Shown: one piece after another, positions 51,381-58,738 of the stretch
Layout of the letters: every line of letters begins with the position of its first letter
How positions within the stretch are numbered: the stretch's first letter is position 1
From: Octopus bimaculoides
Lineage: Eukaryota
Direction: 5' to 3'
Assembly: GCF_001194135.2 (NCBI RefSeq)
Contig: NC_068981.1
Location: forward strand, 80,032,504 to 80,091,241
DNA length: 58,738 nucleotides
Program-made: the position numbers and the translations under genes
Notes under the pieces: model-generated
The model's input: only the letters and a program-made list of their open reading frames with translations
What the model was told of the DNA's origin: nothing
The model's database searches: none

Positions 51381-52039
51381 TGATTGTTTGAATCCTGAAA
51401 GTGCATACTTGGGGTTGTATCTTGAGTTTGATGGGCAACGAATAAGAGTTAAATGTAAATTGCTTAATGGATGTTTCGTCACCAAAGACAAGTTTAAATC
51501 AATCTTACCCCAGTTTTAATGATTCCTGAATACGGACGATTCTAATTTTTTTTTCTATTCCGTGATGATCTTGTTCTTGTCTCTTCTTTCCTTCTTTCTT
51601 TCTTTTGCACTAGATGTATTGCAACTAGCTAAAAGTATTTATGCAATCGACGTTTTAATGTGTTAGTGCGGCATTTTATTTTGCTGGCAACTATACTTGT
51701 TTGACATTACTAGATATAAATAGAGATGCTGCACAAAAGCGATATTTGAAGAGTACGACATGAGTTCTGCGTGGTCCTTCAAAGTGTTTGCATTCAACTG
51801 TCTGAAGAAAACAAGACAAATATTTCTGGACAGCACCAACAGATTCATTTAGCTGCATTGATTATCTTCCTGAATGTGAGTTCATTGCCACATAAAGCAA
51901 CAATTCGAGTTCCTTTATTTATTTTTTTTTTGTTTTTCAGATGACAATTTCATAAATTTATAAAATATTTCATCAGCGATATATCGTTATACGTAATACA
52001 AATAACCTTGTCGCTCGCAAATATCAACTAGATAATTAG

Positions 52040-52073
<34 letters not shown>

Positions 52074-52087
52074 NNNNNNNNNNNNNN
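52074..52087. other. Assembly gap (14 N)
   Basis: N-run after (TA)n. Confidence 1.
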
Positions 52088-52289
52088 ATAAAACGTAATA
52101 CATTTCATATTTGGATTACATTTCTCTTTTTTTTTTTACGTCACTAATACCATTGGGAAAGCTTTGAACGTCACGCAGACTATTTCCTACCTCCTTAAAT
52201 ACATGGTATGCTATATTCAGGCTCTCAGTAGATAAAATTAAACAGAATCTGCTGTGGAACCTTTTGTTGTACAATAAGGCTGTTTTCTT

Positions 52290-53060
52290 GGTATACGAGT
52301 CGTGACAGTTAAATTGATTGGTGAGAGGTCTTAATATAATTTTCTATAACGCTAAAACCACCACTGTTAAAACAACCACAGCTACCATCGATTTAGTCGT
52401 CGTCACCACTGAAATCTACAAAATGAAGAGTGTAGTTAACGAGTTAATGATATGGAAAGTGTTGATAGTAATGCTAGCCGTCAGTGAAAATGCTGGTGCC
52501 TTGTAACACATAATCAAAGAAAGCCAGCAATAAAGTTGCAGTACATCGACATCACAAGGAACTTTAAGCTGTGATGTTTCATTAATCATAGCATCTTGTG
52601 GCTCTGTTCTTAATGACCGCGATGGCATTTGCAGTGTATAAATTTCGACTCATCGATCGCAACTGGATATTCCATTATTTCCTTCAATCTTCATAGGATT
52701 GTCGATGCATGACATGGTACATAAATCCCTAAAACAGTTACACTAGTTACACTAGTTCGCTATTGTTTCTGCATCGATACTGACCTGTTCCATTACAACA
52801 ATTTGCAGTCAGTAGCCAAATATTAAACTCAAGAGAAGAATCTTTTTGAGCGCTTTCCCTCTGAATACTTCTCACGATTGAGAAAACCCATTATAAATTA
52901 CTCTGACGGTTGCTAGAAACTCATCTGTCGAATCGATACCATGAGTAATCTCGTGAATGTCTCAGCAAAAATTTCTTTGAGTCAGATATTCTGACTCAGT
53001 ATCATTATCAATTATTTCCTCCACGATTGTGGCATGAGCTTTCAGTCCTACGTTTATTAA
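52290..53060 (-). mobile_element. Merlin (IS1595/ISXO2-like DDE) transposase remnant
   Basis: Across frameshifts: TIAN*CN..FRDLC...NPMKIEG, VAIDESKF..KCHRG, R.TATLL..FDYVLQGTSIFTDG*, LVNY..HFVD....IDG; TIRs not found. Confidence 0.78.
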
Positions 53061-53552
53061 ACAAACGTTTACATGATTATTATTAAATAAGTTAACATTA
53101 AGAAAAATAATTTTCTTTCAGTTTTTTATTTGCTATTTCAATTCTGTTTTCATTGTTCGTGACGATTCCAGTTTCATTTTAGTGTCGATTATTTTATATA
53201 TACCCAAAAGTTTACTGCACCTCTTCGGAATTCAGCCATATTACTATGTTTATTTTTCTTTTTCCGATTACCAATCATTGATTACTTTCAAGTAGACACA
53301 GAGAACTGTATGTGGCTGCCGTGGTAGCCATTGATGTTGCGTTTTGTCCACATCTACAAGTTATTTACACTCATAAGTGTCAACTTCACCTACCAGATAA
53401 TAAGTAACCAATAGTGCATTGCTCATGACGTGTACAAATGCAGCTCGATAAACTTAACGAGTGTAGGTTTCAGTCATAATAAAATTATTATAAAGCAGAT
53501 CTATTTTCCAATTGTAACCTTTGCACTCCATCGTAAATCTGTCACCCTAAGA

Positions 53553-55580
53553 CAGTGATTCTCAAACTTTTAGAAGTCGTGACACACTTGAAGCCTTACA
53601 AAAAATTGCGGCCTCACTACACTCAAAATGCTAAGAAATATAATGCAAAATGTAAGGAAATACAGAAATAACTGAAAAAAGGGTATATACCGTTATTCAT
53701 CATCTATTTTGCGTTGATGAGAAGTATGAGCCTGACGTGTCTTGGCAATTTCTTCAATGTTGGGACGTATGTATGATAAGCAAACTCATTTTCTCGTCAA
53801 TAGACTGAAGATTTGATCTCTTCTTGCACTTGATGTTGGTGATAGTGGAAAATCCTAATTCGCATAAATATGATGTTAAAAATTGCAGTAAAATGGCTAA
53901 AGCTTTTTTGAATATTCACTGGTATTCTTCTCTGATTGAAATCCAAAATTTTTCAAGACTAGATTTCTTATATTTAGTCTTCAATCCTCCACCGGTGGAT
54001 ATAGCTGCTAGTTCTTCTGTTAATATTAAACTAGCATCATCTGAAATATCTATGAATGGATTTCGAATCCAAGCGTATTGTTCAGTGTTAAGTGATGGAC
54101 AATAATAATTTAATTTATCTTCCAAATTTGTCAACTGTTCAAGTATTAAAGGGAAGATATCATTTATGCAAGTTCTACTTATCAAAGAAAACATTTCCAA
54201 ATTACCCTCAGAAGCTCTTTTCTTCCAGATACGTAATTTTTTCTGAAATGCTTTCATTTATCAGTATGTGGAGACGCAATGGCTCAGTGGTTAGGGCAGC
54301 GGACTCGCGGTCGTAGGATCGCGATTTCGATTCCCAGACCGGGTGTTGTGAGTGTTTATTGAACGAAAACACTTAAAAGTTCCACGAGGCTCCGGCAGGG
54401 GTGGTGGCGAACCCTGCTGTACTCTTTCACCCTGACTTTCTCTCACTCTTTCTTCCTGTTTCTGTTGTGCCTGTATTTCAAAGAGCCACTCTTGTCACAT
54501 TCTGTGTCACACTGAATCTCCCCGAGAACTACGTTAATGGTACACGTGTCTGTGGAGTGCTCAGTCACTTGCACATTAATTTCACGAGCAGGCTATTCCG
54601 TTGATCGGATCAACTGGAACCTTCGTCGTCGTGACCGACGGAGTGCCACGACTTGTCAAAATATTTTCTGCCTTTCCTTGCATGCTAGTATTCAAAATAT
54701 GGAGGTGCTGAAATATATCAGTCAAATACACTAATCTGCTAATCCAAAATTTACATCGAAGGAGTTCACAAAATTGATTTTGTTCCATTTCTTCAAAAAA
54801 CTTCATAGCTCATGTCGTAGCTCATACACACGATTAAGTACTTTCCCCCTTCCAAAAGCCACCTCACTTCTGTGTGCAAAAGCAGGCGTCTGTGTTGTGT
54901 ATCCATATCGATACAAAACTGCTCGAATAAAAGTGACTTTACTGGTCTTGTTTTTATATAATTTACAATATTAACAGCTTGATTCAAAACTTCTCTTGTC
55001 TCCTAATGTTTTTGCCATCAATGCTTCTCTATGAAGAAAGCAGTGAGTTATGGCGACATTTTCATTTTGCTTTTTTACAAAGGATGTAAGGCCCTTAACG
55101 CAGCCTACCATTGATAGAGCTCCATCTGTACAAATGCCGACACATGACATCCATGATATTTGCCATTGCACAGGAATTACTCAAAATGTTGAAAACATTT
55201 TCGCTCTTTGTAGTCGCACTTAATTCTTCCCAAAAAAGAAATTGATTTACAATTTGATCTTCATCAATAAAACGAATAAATGCTAAGAGCTGCGCTTTGT
55301 TGGCATTGTCTATTGACTTATCAATTTGTAATGCAAAATCTGAATACTGGAGTTTATTACTACAGACATTTTTCTCAGTATGTCTATGAAAAGTATTGTT
55401 GGACAGAAGGATCTTATTTCTTTCTTTTGCTGCTTCATTTCCCAGCATTGCCTTCACAATCTTCTTACACCCAGGCAGAACGAGTGACTTGCCTAAAGTA
55501 TGAGCTCTCATATTTTGTACTATCAGTTCTGAAACCTCGTAAGAAGCGATTTGAGTTTTTTTAGAAATCGTCATTATACT
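53553..55580 (-). mobile_element. hAT Buster/ZBED5-like transposon, 5'-truncated and inactivated
   Basis: TIR CAGTGATTCTCAAAC preceded by CCCTAAGA (nnnTAnnn); FALQIDKSID, ICTDGA.SM.G, THCFLHREAL, LHTEVRWL, SYLCELGFS. Confidence 0.92.
54270..54648 (+). mobile_element. tRNA-derived SINE family C inserted in the hAT transposase
   Basis: A-box TGGCTCAGTGG, B-box-like TTTCGATTCC; splits the transposase between NILTS and (T)DK-MKAFQKK. Confidence 0.88.
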
Positions 55581-55769
55581 TTCGAAAGAGTTTTCTGAGT
55601 TCGCTCTATAAATTATATACCAATTAATGGTGTATTCTATTTTATTAGATTTTACCTACCATATGTATTTACTTAGACCTGTAGAATTTTTTAATTTGGG
55701 ATTTTTGAAAGACTGATAATGCTAGGAAATTCTTCTTTTAATTTCGTTCGCTGTGGATCCAATATATTC

Positions 55770-55805
<36 letters not shown>

Positions 55806-55809
55806 GTTG

Positions 55810-55885
<76 letters not shown>

Positions 55886-56283
55886 CATCATCATCATCAT
55901 CATCATCATCATTATTATTATTATTATTATTAGAGGTTAATATACATTTATAAATTACGTTATCTAGGCTGCAATTATTATTAAGCCTACATTTGGATTT
56001 GTCTTTATATGTGCATTTATTTAAAATACGGTTATGTTTATTGTTTGTGATAGTTTAATTTGATATTGTTTATTGAGGATATAATATTACTTACATTCCT
56101 TGTACAATAGCCCACTCTGATAGCTTTATTGGAGAATATTTTCGAGTACATATTGTTCTTTTTAAAGGATGTTTTTATTATGTTGAAAATTTCTTTAATA
56201 ATATCAGTTTTAATTTGGGCCCCATAAGGGATAATTAACCATATAATTTCCTTATGTTTATTATTATTATTATTATTATTATT

Positions 56284-56336
<53 letters not shown>

Positions 56337-57490
56337 TATTATTATTATTATTATTGTAATTATTATTATTTTTCATCGTTGTCAATGTATTCTTCGTGTG
56401 TATATAATATTTATGCTTAACATTTTTATTCGAATTATTTTTATTATTATCCTTACTATAATAATAATAATTATTATTATTATTTAGACGTCTATTATAA
56501 TTGTCTTTATTTATTTCCATATATTGTTTGTTATTATTATCATTGCTATTACTTATATAGTTGGTTTGAGAGTTAGGATGAGTAATAGTATTATTATTGG
56601 GTCCGTAATTATTAAAGAATTAAATTTTTGAATTATAGCCTGCGTTTTTAATGCACTATTATAGTAAGAGGCATGTTTTTTGAAAGTATCAATATCCGAG
56701 GATAACCTAGAAATTATTTTGCCTATATTGTCTATTAATGCTTTTTTAACTGAGCTAGGATGGTTAATAAGGGCATTAATGTACTTAAGGTTCTCGTTTA
56801 ACTTATGGAATGGGTGGGTTTTATTAGTTACTAAGTTTAGGTTTGCACCTAGGTAGTTAGCCGTAGAATGTTCTTTCTCTATAGAGATATCTAAACCACA
56901 ATTTTTAAAGAATTTGTATAATTTTTTTCATGTTTTCTAATGATCTATTGGTGCAGTTTCTAGTTATAAGGAGTAGGTCATCCCTATATAGACCTCCCTC
57001 TATGTTAAGGTGTTCTATCTTAAGTTCAGATAATAGGTATATTCCTACTAGATCTGTTACTTGGGCAAAGTCTGGGACACCTATGGGTATATCAAAGCAA
57101 TCCCTAGTGTCTTTCCCAGCCCAATAGTTTATTTTTATATCTAATTAGAGATTTCCTCGCTGTTAGCACTACTTCAGCTTCATCATATGTCGTCTTAACC
57201 TTTTTCATAGGATATATAAGGGCCTTATTAAGAATAATCTCAAGGATAATCTCGTTAATAGATGAATAATAATTTTCAATATCTATTTGGATGGACTTGG
57301 ACCTATTTTTATCTTTAATATTTTTGAACCAATTTAACGTATCTCGGGTACAACTCTAGAGTTTAAGGTCATTTAACATATTAAGTTTATCTATATATTT
57401 ATCTAGTATAAGTTTACTGAGTCTTCCTACATCGGACTTACATGGGCATATCAGTCTTACTTGTGGTTTAGAATAAAAATTGTTTTTATA
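55580..57490 (-). mobile_element. Penelope-like element (RT + GIY-YIG endonuclease), inactivated
   Basis: NF..KP.VRLICP.KS.VG..SK, FDIPIG, GLYRDD (56977-56988), YINA..NHP, IIW...PY, C....K.KC.L...C..DNVIYK...EYIGST, NSTGLSKYIW. Confidence 0.92.
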
Positions 57491-57510
57491 TTTACATATA
57501 TATGTATGAA

Positions 57511-57543
<33 letters not shown>

Positions 57544-57595
57544 GTCTATCTAACTGTTTGTCTGTCTGTCTGTCTGTATGTATGTATTATGTATG

Positions 57596-57632
<37 letters not shown>

Positions 57633-57638
<6 letters not shown>

Positions 57639-58738
57639 CAAATAATATGTGAGTATATGCATATATACGTACATGTATGTACATACCTACATCTACATGT
57701 CTATATAGATGCATATCTGGGTACAGGACGTCACAAAAATACGTGGACAAAATGAAAAGCGAGAATATAAACAAAGCACGGAAAACAAACTTTTTTTCGG
57801 ACAACGGTAGGAACACACAGGAAAACAGACAGGCCACATAGAGAACATTTCCTTCATCAGTTGCCCCTCTTCTAAACTAAGCGTTTCGAAGAGTTAAGGC
57901 ACGACGCATTGTTAGAATAGCTCTTCCCGCAAAGCAAATTAAGTAAAATTTGTGATGCGGAGGAATTAAGTGGCAAACAGAAAATACGACAAGAAAGACG
58001 AAACAGTGAAACAAACAAGAAGGGCTGTTAGGCCAGACGAGAAATATATATATATACTGAACGCTGTGATTTGACGAACTTGAGGGGAAGAGAGAAGAAA
58101 GTTCGTGCTTGCTTGGCAGTGGCCAAGAGAAGAAAGAAAGCAGTAGCCACTAGTCACGTGTGATCAACGAGGGGTAAGGAGAAAGAGTGGTAGAGAGAGA
58201 AAAAAGGGGAGCAACGAGAGACAGGGAGGAAGAGTGAGAGAGAGATAAAGAAGTGAAGGGGAGAGGCGAAGAACAACAGAAGGAAGAACGAGAGAGGGAG
58301 AAAGATACAAAGATAGAGTGCGCGTCAGAAATATAAAGTTAAAACTTACTTGCAAAAAGGACGCGTGCGTTCGATCATATAATAATACAAATAATATGTG
58401 AGTATATGCATATATACGTACATGTATGTACATACCTACATCTACATGTATATAGATGCATATCTGGGTACAGGACGTCACACAAAAACGTGGACAAAAT
58501 GAAAAACGAAAATATAAACAAAGCACACACACATATATATAAAAGTTACACACACACACACATATATATATATGTATGCATATGTGCGCACAGGACATCA
58601 CGAAACGTGTACAACAAAAAATACGAAGCACGAGTACATGAAACATGAACTATCCTTTCGAACAACGAAAGACAAATGGAAAACAAAACAAACAACATAA
58701 AGAACGACCCTTCGTCAGTTGTTAGCTGTTTTTCTAGT
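57633..58738 (-). repeat. Reiterated Penelope-terminus-like repeats
   Basis: ~145 bp near-identical direct repeat (57633-57780, 58381-58526); related units carry CAACTGATGAAGG (57851-57863) and CAACTGACGAAGG (~58709-58721) on the minus strand. Confidence 0.6.

Noticed and set aside
54270-54345. tRNA gene
   Set aside because: The A/B-box head runs into a SINE body shared with 12065-12355 and sits inside a transposase. The same reasoning applies to SINE-A and SINE-B heads.
55691-56487. Poly-Ile/Leu/Met ORFs (also 45683-45989)
   Set aside because: Translations of (ATT)n/(ATC)n microsatellites.
55650-57360. In-frame TAG codons in the PLE suggesting a ciliate-type code (TAG = Gln)
   Set aside because: One TAG falls at a conserved Trp position (TGG to TAG), CAA is used for Gln, and frameshifts are also present; ordinary decay explains it.

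Overview
AT-rich, repeat-dominated eukaryotic DNA from a gapped assembly (4 N-runs). The repeat families (RTE LINE 3' ends with (GAT)n tails, tRNA-derived SINEs with internal (TG)n, many microsatellites) look like those of octopus/coleoid cephalopods; this is pattern recognition, not a database result. Only one host coding segment is well supported: a 3'-terminal exon (20816-21291, +) of a pectin-acetylesterase/Notum-family hydrolase that keeps the catalytic Asp and His but has no visible upstream exons. The rest is decayed mobile DNA: two DD37D (maT) elements, three mariners, an IR/DR Tc1, a Buster-type hAT plus a matching MITE, a Merlin remnant absent from the ORF track, two Penelope-like fragments, two Tx1/L1 fragments, RTE and CR1/L2-type LINE pieces, three tRNA-SINE families (named A, B, C here) and a short LTR family. 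Most interesting: (1) SINE-B and the Tx1 LINEs share a 3'-terminal motif, and twice form the same SINE-SINE-Tx1 arrangement with nearly the same Tx1 truncation point, which suggests an undescribed SINE/Tx1 partnership producing chimeric insertions; (2) a sharp CpG-poor to CpG-rich transition near 45.4 kb; (3) the apparently orphan PAE-like exon. Boundaries of decayed elements are approximate (about +/-20-50 bp) unless TIRs or TSDs are quoted. All alignments, translations and counts were done by eye.
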